Notes: generated by a model from the letters alone, not told the origin. A stretch of DNA of 63,307 bases, filler included, from Octopus bimaculoides (GCF_001194135.2; 7 parts of 6 records of this genome joined end to end with filler, not necessarily neighbours in it), one strand, 5' to 3'. Positions 13,130 to 25,047 are shown, numbered from the whole stretch's first letter. A program made the numbers and translations.

Positions 13130-13512
13130 TTGGCACTCCGTCGCTTACGAGGTCGAGGGTTCCAGTTGATCCGATCATCGGAAACAGCCTGCTTGTGAAA
13201 TTAACGTGCAAGTGGCTGAGCACTCCACAGACACGTGTAGCCTTAACGTAGTCCTCGGGCGAGATTCAGCGTGACACGGAGTGTGACAAGGCTGGCCCTT
13301 TGAATTACAGGCACAACAGAAGCAGGAAGAGTGAGAGAAAGTTGTGGTGAAAGAGTACAGCAGGGTTCGTCACCATCCCCTGCCGGAACCTCGTGAAGCT
13401 TTTTAGGTGTTTTCTCTCAATAAATACTCACAACTCCCGGTCTGGGAATCGAAACCGCGATCCTATGACCGCGAGTCCGCTGCCCTAGCCACTAGGCCAA
13501 TTGCGCCTCCAC
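13130..13512 (-). mobile_element. Full-length tRNA-head SINE (family D) with 11-bp TSD
   Basis: Reverse complement of the 38604-38994 copy. TSD AATGACAATAG at 13119-29 and 13513-23. Confidence 0.9.
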
Positions 13513-13619
13513 AATGACAATAGATGTAATAGCTTAAGAGCAGGCACAACAGCAACAATATACTGTACCTTTGTAATGTTTTATTTGTGACATTTCACCA
13601 TTTTCTATATATAACTTCC

Positions 13620-13960
13620 CCTTTTCTGATACGTCTTATAACGCTCTGATACAACTAGCACATGTATGACAATCTTATAACATTCTGATCTATCTTATGC
13701 GCTTGTCATATTTTGCTCCTTTGTCCTAAATCTTGTACGTTTGTGATATATTTTGTATCTTTGTGATATATCTTATAATATTCTGATATCGACAAGAACA
13801 TTGTGCACAGATTGATAAAGAAGTTTAAAGAAGAGAAAACCAGACTTCAAAACAAACTATTTCATGGGCGACAGCCAATGCTGAAATATCTTTGCCTCTT
13901 TGTGACATAGCTTTTAATATTGTGTGATATATCTTATGCATTTGTGATATATCTTACATC
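13620..13960. repeat. Diverged ~20-bp minisatellite (TTGTGATATATCTTAT..) interrupted by a ~100-bp insert
   Basis: A 20-bp period is visible at 13741/13761 and 13623/13643; the array resumes near 13895. Confidence 0.55.
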
Positions 13961-14291
13961 AGGGGTCAGCAAATTACTTGTATCACTGGCCTCTTCGTGG
14001 AATCATCTATAACTTAGCGACCACCATTATGCAAATTTCTAAAATAAAATTAAAAAGTATTATAAAAAAATCTTGATTTAAAAATAATAATTCCTATGTA
14101 CTTTTGTGTCGTTATCAGGTTTTGATAAGAAATATTTAAAGAAATTTAATGAAAATATTTAGGCGCAGGCGTGGCTGTGTGGTAAGTCGATTATATTGAC
14201 TCCAGTTATTCTATCAGTCTCTTTTGCCGAACTGCTAAGTTACGGAGACGTAAAACACCAACAACGGTTATCAAGCGGTGGTGAGGGACAA

Positions 14292-14353
<62 letters not shown>

Positions 14354-15128
14354 NNNNNNNNNNNNNNNNNNNNNNNNNNNNNNNNNNNNNNNNNNNNNNN
14401 NNNNNNNNNNNNNNNNNNNNNNNNNNNNNNNNNNNNNNNNNNNNNNNNNNNNNNNNNNNNNNNNNNNNNNNNNNNNNNNNNNNNNNNNNNNNNNNNNNNN
14501 NNNNNNNNNNNNNNNNNNNNNNNNNNNNNNNNNNNNNNNNNNNNNNNNNNNNNNNNNNNNNNNNNNNNNNNNNNNNNNNNNNNNNNNNNNNNNNNNNNNN
14601 NNNNNNNNNNNNNNNNNNNNNNNNNNNNNNNNNNNNNNNNNNNNNNNNNNNNNNNNNNNNNNNNNNNNNNNNNNNNNNNNNNNNNNNNNNNNNNNNNNNN
14701 NNNNNNNNNNNNNNNNNNNNNNNNNNNNNNNNNNNNNNNNNNNNNNNNNNNNNNNNNNNNNNNNNNNNNNNNNNNNNNNNNNNNNNNNNNNNNNNNNNNN
14801 NNNNNNNNNNNNNNNNNNNNNNNNNNNNNNNNNNNNNNNNNNNNNNNNNNNNNNNNNNNNNNNNNNNNNNNNNNNNNNNNNNNNNNNNNNNNNNNNNNNN
14901 NNNNNNNNNNNNNNNNNNNNNNNNNNNNNNNNNNNNNNNNNNNNNNNNNNNNNNNNNNNNNNNNNNNNNNNNNNNNNNNNNNNNNNNNNNNNNNNNNNNN
15001 NNNNNNNNNNNNNNNNNNNNNNNNNNNNNNNNNNNNNNNNNNNNNNNNNNNNNNNNNNNNNNNNNNNNNNNNNNNNNNNNNNNNNNNNNNNNNNNNNNNN
15101 NNNNNNNNNNNNNNNNNNNNNNNNNNNN

Positions 15129-15180
<52 letters not shown>

Positions 15181-15508
15181 ATATACGTGAATTTGTATGG
15201 GTGGATGATTGTATGTGTATGTATGTATGTATGTATGTATACACACACATAATAATACATACATACCTCTATGTTTATAATACATACATATATGTATGTA
15301 TGTATGTATGTATGTACAATCTGTCCTAGAACTAACGACTGATTTTAATAGAGGGCGTCACCTATTTGCTTTGTAAATGCATTGATAAAATTCTTTCAAC
15401 TCACAAATTATTGTATCACAATAATCGGGTGTGACATTCGGGACATCCTTTGTGTGTATATGTGTGCGTGTGTGTAGAAATATATAACTATGTATGCATG
15501 TATGTCTA

Positions 15509-15547
<39 letters not shown>

Positions 15548-15715
15548 NNNNNNNNNNNNNNNNNNNNNNNNNNNNNNNNNNNNNNNNNNNNTTAATTAAT
15601 TAANNNNNNNNNNNNNNNNNNNNNNNNNNNNNNNNNNNNNNNNNNNNCAAGAAAACAATTAAATTGAAAAGCATCCATATTATTTTAATGCAAATGAAGT
15701 CGAAAAACGAGTTTG

Positions 15716-15752
<37 letters not shown>

Positions 15753-15953
15753 CCGTGATGGGCGTGCTTGGCGTGCTTGGCGTTCCTGTTTGTGCAGTTG
15801 TTTTGCATAAGTGGTCGTCTGTTCTCACCGGTCATCTTTTACCTGACAATGGAGTAGTTTTGCTTCCGTATTGCTGGACAATAGAAGATAACGGACCTCT
15901 GTTCTTTTTTGATTTCACCTCCCGGATTCGATGACATCAACACTTCTTTGGTG

Positions 15954-15996
15954 CCAATGAAATTGCAGAGCAGGGTGTAGATAATTTGTTATAAAT
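15954..15996 (+). promoter_or_regulatory. Possible core promoter of the secreted-precursor gene (CCAAT + TATA)
   Basis: CCAAT at 15954-58 and TATAAAT at 15990-96, about 140 bp upstream of the ATG. Motif match only. Confidence 0.3.
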
Positions 15997-16132
15997 GTGA
16001 GAGTGTCTTAGTAGAGATGTGACAGAGCTTGGCCGATTGTGCAACGGGACTGTTCCAAATCTGTTCCTTCTGATATTGGAAGCTGTCCGTGTGTCAGTAA
16101 ATAGGGGGAGCACCGAGAAGAAAATAACAGCT

Positions 16133-16905
16133 ATGAAGAACCTCGTTCTTTTCTTATTTGTTTTCGTTGTTGGTCTTTGGGTGACTGAAGGACAGCGGGT
16201 AATTAATGAGTCAGTGGTGACTAAAGGACCGTCCGTGAATAGTGAAGGACTGAGTGTGACATTAGGGGACAAAGACCCGTCAGTAAGTAATGTTTCATCG
16301 GAGAATGAGGAACAAGAAGAGAGTGTTGCAGGATCAGACGATGAAGGAGAGTCAGAGGGTGGAGAGGAATCAGAGGGCGACGGACTCTCGGTGGATGACG
16401 AGTCGTCGGAGGACGGTGAAGACGAGTCAGTGGATGGAGAAGAGTCAGTGGATGAAGAGGAGTTAGAGGGTGAAGACTCAAACAATGGAGGAATATGGGT
16501 GGTTGACGACGACTCAGTGAACGAAAGCGAGTCACTGGACGGGGTCGAGTCACTGGATGAAGTCGAGTCAGCGGATGAAGACACGAACAATGGAGGACTA
16601 TCAGTGGGTGACGATGAGTCAGTAGACGAAGACGAGTCAGTGAACGAAGAGGAGACAGTGGACGGTGACGAGTCAGTGGATGAAGTCGAGTCAGCGGATG
16701 AAGACACGAACGATGGAGGACTATCAGTGGGTGACGACGAGTCAGTGGACGAAGACGAGTCAGCCGATGAAGGAGATTCCGAGAGTGAAGATGAACCAGT
16801 GACTGAAAGTCCCTTACTGAATAATGGAACGTCGGTTTATAACGAAACGCTTGATTCTGGAAACTCAACAACAGAAGGAGAAAGTCTTGCTGTGAGGAGA
16901 AGTCG
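16133..16905 (+). CDS. Coding exon 1 of a secreted precursor: signal peptide, acidic Asp/Glu/Ser-rich repetitive pro-region, and RRSR proprotein-convertase site
   Basis: ATG at 16133 lies inside ORF 16019-16909. MKNLVLFLFVFVVGLWVTEG|Q has signal-peptide form. About 88 D/E in ~238 aa (hand count) and six N-x-S/T sequons. The ORF ends AGG AGA AGT CG|GTAAGT, so the apparent TAA stop is part of a consensus donor at 16906 (phase 2). Confidence 0.88.
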
Positions 16906-17200
16906 GTAAGTTAATGTTTCATTCCACCCGATTTCACATCGCCACTTTCCTCTTGGGTACTTCTTGTGTTTTTTACGCTTTTATTAAATAATTGGACCGT
17001 GTTTATGTCCATGTGATGTTTTAAATGTTTTAGTGAAAAGAGAGGAGTAGAGACCGTAGCTCTGCTCGGAGCCTCTGATATTGGTGGGAAACAATGGGTG
17101 AGGTGGCGCTTGCCCTAACGATTGCAACAGAATGGACTCAGAGTACCTGAATTACCCCAGCATTTGTAATTTTCTTCTCTTCTTTAATATTTCATGAGGT

Positions 17201-17418
17201 ATTCTTTTCTACCCTAGGCACAAGGGCCGAAATTTTGGTGGTGGCGTGGGGACCAGTCGATTAGATCGATCCCAGTACGCAACTTCTATTTAATTTATCG
17301 ACCCCGAAAGCATGAAAAACAGAGTCGACCTCGGCGGAATTTGAACTTAGAACGTAAAGACGAAATACCGCGAAGCATCTCGCCCGGCGTGCTAACGTTT
17401 CTGCCAGCTCGCAGCCTT
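17201..17418 (-). mobile_element. SINE family B copy in intron 1
   Basis: Same core as the other family B copies. Confidence 0.8.
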
Positions 17419-17929
17419 AATATGATGAGATATCGACATACGACTGGGCAGATGATCTCTTTAAAAGGGCTTGACCTGTTTTCCTGGAGCCTTACAACAA
17501 TATCGGGTCCGTTGTGTTTAATCCGGGCTGCTGATTCTATTGAGATGTTCCACTAACATAAGTCTGGATACATTCTGGTTCTGGAGCGTCAATCTTGAAT
17601 AAGCCAGATTCCTGTAACCAAGCTACGAACCTCAATGGGCCCAAATAATTCTGTTCTAGATGATAATGATAATTAGTATTATTTCAAATTTCTTCCACAA
17701 GGGCAGCTTGAGGGAGGTGAGGACGAGTCGATTACATGAAGTCCAGTGTTTTATTTTATCGATGCTAAAAGGATGAAAGCAATGTCGACTTCGGTGGAAT
17801 TTGATCTCAGAACGTAGCGACGGGTCAAATATCGCTAAGCATTTCGTCCAGCGTGCTAACGATTCTGCCAGTTCGCCGTCTTAATACTAATTTTGTCTAC
17901 TATAGGCACAGGGCCTGAGAGACATACCT

Positions 17930-18310
17930 CTAAACTTCGCGACATTCCTGTAGATGTCTGAAGAAATACGGCTGCCCTGCTTCTATCGCAGGATAAACAG
18001 GTACCTGTCTGGAAGCAATCTCGTCACTACAATTCACATCCAGGACCATCAACTTGCCTTCTGGATCCAGAAAGATAGTCTTTATCTTGAGATCCATGCT
18101 TCTACGGATCAACACCGCCGTTCAACCTCCCATTTCATGTTGACATGGAGATAAATACTTCTCGTATCCCACGAAAGATGGCAAGAAAGCTTGTGGGTCG
18201 GAGAGTCTAGTTTCACTGATGGTGATTACATCGACCCTTAGTGACCTAAGGTCGTTGAGTAGGTGGCCTTGTTTCCAAGGCGATCCCATGCCAAGTGCAT
18301 TTCTACGGTT
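17930..18310 (-). mobile_element. L1/Tx1-type LINE AP-endonuclease fragment in intron 1
   Basis: GSPWKQGHLLNDLRSLRVDVITISETRL, then VLIRRSMDL..DPEGKLMVLDV..VY..GQPYFFRHL, after a frameshift. Confidence 0.75.
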
Positions 18311-18622
18311 CACTCAGACCAAGAGTCACGTTAGATCAAAGCTTAGAAGCAGAGAAGGCTACTTTGATTTAGTGTGCGAAAGGAGGGGACGGATGTTCCG
18401 TTCTCACAAATCTGTGTGGATGTTTCCACGAGCAGTTCTTTGTATATTCGTCTATTTATGTCTCTGGAAAACCCCTATTCCTTCAAGGGATTTTATTTTG
18501 ATACTGTTATATGTGTTTGTATGTATATGTATATATGTATATATGTTTATACACATACAGACACACGTACACACACACACAAACACACACTCACTTATAT
18601 ATTCGTCGATTCTTTTTTCCAG

Positions 18623-18715
18623 GGGATTATGTCGAGTGAGATGTTATAAAACCGTGACCTACAAAAAGTCCCGAAGAAGCTGGTGTTGGTTCTTGAGACG
18701 GTGTACAAAATACAG
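18623..18715 (+). CDS. Coding exon 2: (R)GLCRVRCYKTVTYKKSRRSWCWFLRRCTKY(R), N-terminal half of an EMI-like Cys-rich domain
   Basis: Acceptor tcttttttccag (AG 18621-22) and donor GTAAAT at 18716. Phase 2 in and phase 2 out, matching exon 1 and completing RRSR. No stops. Confidence 0.85.
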
Positions 18716-19166
18716 GTAAATACGCAGCCACCTTTCCGGATTTTCTATACAAAGTAAACTTTCAATATAACGGCATCCATAATAACGTAAAACCTAAGCT
18801 AACGGCATTTTACTCCTCCCTTCATATATACATTTTCATTCATCTAATTATTCAATGAGTTATTTATTTACCCGAATATGGTCACAAGTAAAATGTAGAA
18901 GTTAATACTGTGATGTCTTGTATAATTGAAATCTGTATTTCTTTTTGAATTCACTCTCGCTACTATGCGTGCAACACACACACGCACACACACACGCACA
19001 CACACACACACACACACAACACACACACACTCACATACACTAACACACGTCTATATTTGTTTCTGAATTCCCGTGACGAGCACTGGTATCTGAGTCCATA
19101 ATGTATACTAATCTGTTGTATACGTGTGGGTGTATATATATATATGTGTATATATANNNNNNNNNN

Positions 19167-19250
19167 TCTTCTTCATCAGCTACCCCCGTTTTAACACCGG
19201 CGTTTCGAAGAGCTGAGCAGGACGCATCGTTAAAACGGCTCTTCCCATGG
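19167..19250 (-). ncRNA. Hammerhead-like motif cut by a gap
   Basis: Minus strand: GAAGAGC-24nt-GCTCTTC GAAAC GCCGGT GTT .. CTGATGA AGAAGA|N. Stem I cannot be formed from the visible sequence. Confidence 0.35.
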
Positions 19251-19309
19251 ACCGCAGATTAAATTTGTATACACAAATTAAACCTTGCCATGGAGGAATG
19301 TAGTGGCGG

Positions 19310-19470
19310 ATAAGCGTAGCGTGGTTGTATGGTAAGAAGCTTACTTCCCAACCACGTGGTTCCGGGTTTAGTGCAACTGCGTTGTGAGTGTCTCCTAAGA
19401 TAGCCTCAGGCCGACCCAATCCTTATGAGTGGATTCGGTAGACGGAAACTTAAAGAATCCCGTCGAATAT
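19310..19470 (+). mobile_element. tRNA-head SINE family A copy
   Basis: GGTAAGAAGCTT.CTTCCCAACCAC.TGGTTCC.GGTT..GTAGACGGAAACT.AAAGAA motif; other copies at ~6690(-), 26280(-), 30270(-), 31335, 32780, 33050(-) and 43660. Confidence 0.75.
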
Positions 19471-19475
19471 CTATA

Positions 19476-19540
<65 letters not shown>

Positions 19541-20683
19541 TTCTGTGTGTCTGTGCTTGTCCCTCACCACCGCCATCGCTTGACAACCGGTGTTGGTGTG
19601 TTACGTCCCTGCATCTTAGTAGTTTCTCAAAAGACACCGACAGAATATGTTCTAGGCTTGACCGCACTCAAATAACTGAGACAAGTAAACGAATGATGTA
19701 ATGAATGCACCTATATCTATGCGTTCAGATTATTGCGAAGTGGCATAGCGTTGCGTTTAATTATTTTTACGTATACAGCCTGACATAAATCCACACGTGT
19801 TTCAACTGCATCGATTAGTAACCGTTGCAATTACACCCCTACTATATTGCTGGTGCACTTCCTTCAGGGTCTTCTCCTTAATATCCCTTGATTTATGTCT
19901 TTAAAGTCCTTCGTTTATTTACTCTGCGTTGTATGATTTAAAGTTGTTGGAGAATTTAGACGCGAAATGTTTTCAATTCAAGTTTTGATTGGCTAATCTC
20001 TTATAGTCCGTCATTTCAAAACATCCTGTTGTTTAAATGTTTATTAGTTAATTATACTGAACAAATATGAATTTTCTCATGTGCAAGCATCCCGAAGCTT
20101 GTTCCAGTCTACAATTTATTGTATTACCTTTAGATGAAGAAAAATCTAGTGAAATTCTTCTAAGCATAAATCACATTGTTTAGTTCCAGGTCTGTGTGGT
20201 TTTGCAGTGGAAATTAATTCCCAATCGATTGTATAGTGTTTTGTTTTTGTCTTTACTCGACCAGATTAGTTTACTAAGACTCTCTTATTATTATCTCCAA
20301 ATGAACTGAAATAATTTGCCAGTCTCCTCTTGAATATTAATGAAGTCGCATAAAAAAGTATTCATTACCCTCACTTATTTATATCTTAATATTTCGCTTG
20401 GGCATACCGAAAATAACAACATGGTGTAAAACTCAAGATAGGTTTGGACCAGAATTCAATGGTAGATGAGGGTAGAATGGTAATAGAAATGACACCGGAA
20501 AAACAAAGCTTATGTAACGAACTTCATTAGCTAAGAACTGTTTCTGCAATAGAATGTGGTGGAGTCTTAGTTGAGTACCAGTATATCATCCTCTAGCTTC
20601 ATCAGAGCCTTCAATATGAAATGCACTTTATTTAGGAAAATAACATTTTCAGAACATACAGGTGTATATTCTGAAAATGTAAC

Positions 20684-20715
<32 letters not shown>

Positions 20716-20784
20716 TTGTCTGAAATTACCATCACTGCGTTCTGGTTATATATCCAATTATTCTATCCTTCTCTCATTTAACAG

Positions 20785-20861
20785 GACGGCTTTCAGGAGA
20801 ATTCGTACAACCTGTCTCAGATGCTGTAGAGGATGGATCGGCACGCCTGGAAGGTGCAAAG
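20785..20861 (+). CDS. Coding exon 3: (R)TAFRRIRTTCLRCCRGWIGTPGRCK, C-terminal half of the EMI-like domain
   Basis: Acceptor ctctcatttaacag (AG 20783-84) and donor GTAAGA at 20862. Phase 2 in, phase 1 out. Joined to exon 2 it gives C..C-TKYRTAFR..CCRGW..C, matching the EMI pattern (C..C..YRTAYR..CCPGW..C) of EGFL7/MEGF10-type proteins. Confidence 0.85.
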
Positions 20862-21501
20862 GTAAGAATATGTTTTCAGTACTGTCCAGATGTAATCTGT
20901 GGATAAGGCCTAATTTTTTTTTTATATATATTTTATATCTTATATCCAAATATAATGACCAATAGCCTCGTTTGAAATTTCCATTTTTTCATATCACAAT
21001 CCTTTGAAGAAAAGCAGCGCTATTTCATCTATTTTTTTTTTTCTGTTTTATATTCTAATATATGCAAATGAGTATCGTGACGTCTTCTTTCCAACATATT
21101 TGATTAGTTCACGTCCATTTTGATGTTGTATATCATCCCTTTTTCACAGGGAATAATCTGAGAAAGGTCTGTCTTCTTTCTCTGTCAAAGGAAGATGATG
21201 CATATCCCTTATTCTACAACAGGCGCAAGGCCTGATATTTTGGGGTAGGCTGGGTCAGTCGATTACATCGACCCTAATAATTCAATGCTACTCATTTCAT
21301 CGACTCCGAAACGATGGATTCCAACGTCGACATTGGCAGAGTTTGAACTCAGAACAAAGAAATAACGCTAAGAATTTTGTCCGGCGTGTTCACGACTCTG
21401 CNNNNNNNNNNNNNNNNNNNNNNNNNNNNNNNNNNNNNNNNNNNNTTAATTAATTAANNNNNNNNNNNNNNNNNNNNNNNNNNNNNNNNNNNNNNNNNNN
21501 N

Positions 21502-21503
21502 CC

Positions 21504-21537
<34 letters not shown>

Positions 21538-21554
21538 TATCGTCGCCGTCGTCA

Positions 21555-21585
<31 letters not shown>

Positions 21586-21800
21586 ATTCGTCGTCGCCGT
21601 CGTCAAATATCATTATCACCAACATCATCACTACCACTACCACCACAACCACCATCACTACCGCTGCTGTCACCATCATCAGTATACTCATCATCATCCT
21701 CACTGCCACCACCACCGCCGCCGCCACCACTACGACCATCGTCATCATCATCATCGTTTTCGTCGTCATCATCATCTTTATCATCTCCATACCATCAGTA
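21502..21800. repeat. Mixed (CAT/CGT/CAC)n trinucleotide tract
   Basis: Directly visible. Confidence 0.9.
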
Positions 21801-22049
21801 ACGGTGACTCACTGACGTCACCTTCGAAACCAATACAATCAATAATATAGATTATTGATGATTAATTATGGTATATATAATTGATACATAATTAAACTAA
21901 ATATTATTAATGCATAATTATTAATTTATACTTTGCTAATTCGATACCTTGTTAACCCACAATTGCTAAGTCACATGATGCTCTACAGACTCTCATTCTC
22001 TACATTGAGCATTTCTCTAAAAGCTGCTGTCTTCCATGTTCTTAAGGTC

Positions 22050-22051
22050 TA

Positions 22052-22111
<60 letters not shown>

Positions 22112-22120
22112 CATCCATCC

Positions 22121-22172
<52 letters not shown>

Positions 22173-22325
22173 GTCTGCCTGTCTATCTATCTATCTGTTT
22201 GTCTGGTTGTCTGTCTGTCTGCCTGTCTGTCTGTCTGTCTACCTATCTAATCTATCTGTCTCTCTGTCTATCTATCTGTCTGTCTGTCCGTCTGTCTGTC
22301 TATCTTTCTGTCAGTCTGTCTATCT
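22050..22325. repeat. (ATCT)n grading into (GTCT)n tetranucleotide repeat
   Basis: Directly visible; similar tracts at 8733-8818, 30861-30920, 48343-48505 and 51345-51395. Confidence 0.9.
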
Positions 22326-22375
22326 GACTAGCTATCCAAACAAGGGGGACGTAGTTGATTGAAACCAGAATAGTT

Positions 22376-22458
22376 ATAGATAATCCAGTATCGGTATGGA
22401 TAGACCAGCGATACACTGCAGACTGATGGTCTCATTAAGCCGGTACTGGATTATCTAT
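22376..22458. other. 83-nt hairpin (19-bp outer stem plus inner AGACCA/TGGTCT stem)
   Basis: ATAGATAATCCAGTATCGG pairs with CCGGTACTGGATTATCTAT, fully paired on the + strand with one G-U. Confidence 0.7.
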
Positions 22459-23568
22459 GTTGGTTGAAGGCCTACATTACCAAACTGATTAATTGCGAGT
22501 TTAATGGAATAATTCAATGGTCGAAGGATTAGCCCTGGACAGTGGTGCCTTAGAAGAATTTGAGCTCTGAATGCAAAGGAGGATATATGTACACTAAGCT
22601 GTTCCAAAACATGTTCGTGTTTGCAGGAAAAAAAACGAAGAATTTATAAAGTATGAACATGGGTAATACTTTAATGCATGACAACGTGACAAAAACCTAT
22701 AAAAATCGCACGATGCTATATAGAACGACATCAATGCATAAGCAAATAACATGCTCAAGACCAGCTGCATTGCCAAGGAAATCATACATAACACTCAAGG
22801 CTCACAAGTACAATATCAGCAGCATACGTAAATTTAGGCTAATTAAATCTTGAAAGCGTGAAATATATATCTATAGAAAAAGAAATCTAGACAGTATCTT
22901 CAGAGAGTAAATATATGAAATAAAATCCACCCCAAATCTCGGAGGTAAAAGGCTACGAGAATTCATACAATTTCCCATCGTAGATTTTTACCCATGCATC
23001 AACAAAAACTTCTTTCATAAAACCATAGAAAAGCTCGAATTTCAAGCAGAAAATAGAAAAGCTAGGCCTATTCCTCTGAGTGGTGCATAAACTGAAGGAA
23101 CAATGTTAGCATGGGACTGTGGACTAATGGTTTCGAATATCCAGGGTGGATTCACATAGAATGCTCCAAGGAAAATATCATAGGCACCTTAAAATATCTA
23201 ATCAGAAAATAACATTAGAAACTTAGGAGCAATTTGTCAATATCCTGGATATAACGTTGAACATAATTTCAGCTTTATACGAGCAGTGTGTAGAATCTAA
23301 AAACTGTTCTTGGTATATAGATAGCTATCGCGAACAACCATCAAATTTTCATGGAATGCCTTACAATTCGTTTACCACACATCAGAGGACAAGCATTTTC
23401 TCATTCTTCTATTTACGAAGAGAAATTATAACAAATTGCAATTTATATAGAATAGAAATAACTTTTAAAAATGGCTGGACTAATTTGCATAACGATCTTT
23501 TATCAGAAGTGTAATTAAACAGTTGTTGCATATCTATGCTCAGTACACAATGCATAAGAAAACACAAT

Positions 23569-23599
<31 letters not shown>

Positions 23600-24734
23600 C
23601 ATATATGTATGTATATATATTTATATATATCCAAAATTTTCTGTAATAATAATAATAATAATAATACTAATACTAATAATTAATTAATTGTTTGTTTTCA
23701 CTTCTTGCACTGAGGAAAACAGTGATATGTAATTAATTTAATTTAACCAAATTAATTTAATTATTCTACCATGAATTTACATATTAATATCGCTGTTTGA
23801 AACGATCGTATGCATGTATTAAAATTCTTTGAAATTTCAACATCTCTTCTCTATTTTTAACAAACTTGTTGAGTTCTATGTGATAATTTTCCATAAAATT
23901 TTCATGACACATCATATATATACACACATATATGTATATATATATATTGTGTGTGTGTGTGTGTGTGTATGCTTGTGTGTCTGTGTTTGTCTCTTCACCA
24001 TCGCTTGACAACCGATACTGGTGTGTTTACGTCACCCGTAACTTATCGGTTCGGCAAAAGAGACCGTACTAGGAGATAAGTACTAGGCATATAAAGAATA
24101 AGTTGAATTGACCGACTGAAAGCGGTGCTCCAGTATGGATGCAGTCAAATGACTGAAAAAGAATAGAAGAACCACTACATCTTTTTCCTCTCTATCATTT
24201 ACCTTTTGGTATTAGTATACACCACAAAAATACGTTCTCAGACAGATTTCTTTATTTCACATTTGATTGGACAAGACTGAAATGCCGAAATTTGATTAGC
24301 TATTCAATAACAATACTTGATTTCGTATTTGTATGCTAGATACTTGATTGTGAGAGGGCATATAAAAGAGAAGACAATAAGAGAAAAACATTTTTTTTTT
24401 CCTCTGGCGTTATAAAAATGGTTTACATCAAATTGTAATGCAATGTTTTCACAAGACAAAAAAAGAACAAAAACAACGAAAACAAAATCCTTGCAAAGGA
24501 TGCGAAATAGAAATAAAATATATGGAAGAGGTTAAAGGCAAAAAGCGACATAAAAATCTCAGTGTTGTACAAGTTATTATATTTATCACCAAGCGACAAC
24601 ATAGCTTCCATGTGACGTGCACAGTATTTGATAATATATATAAAATTTCCTGTTCAGAAGATGTGTTTATGCACTCTCACGCAATCATATACACATACAT
24701 ACATACATACATATATATATATATATACACTCAA

Positions 24735-24770
<36 letters not shown>

Positions 24771-25007
24771 GCACGTATGTTCACATATGCATTTATATAT
24801 GCATGGATGTATATCTATATAAGGAAACACACACATATATAGATACANNNNNNNNNNNNNNNNNNNNNNNNNNNTATATATATATAGGAATATATATATA
24901 TATGTGTGTATAAATATGAACACACACACACGTATACATATATATATATATCTAAGCACGTATACACACGCAAACGCACATATATACATAAAGATATAAG
25001 CGCGTAT

Positions 25008-25047
<40 letters not shown>

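Noticed and set aside
16019-16132. Upstream GTG start of ORF 16019-16909
   Set aside because: Non-ATG start; the ATG at 16133 directly begins a clean signal peptide.
15937-16871. Minus-strand Ser-rich ORF 15937-16707 and ORF 16221-16871
   Set aside because: Antisense shadows of the acidic repeat exon; no signal peptide or splice logic.
23115-23165. CGAAAC-CATTA-GTC with an ATCC/GGAT stem on the minus strand
   Set aside because: No CUGANGA box, so too degenerate to call a hammerhead.
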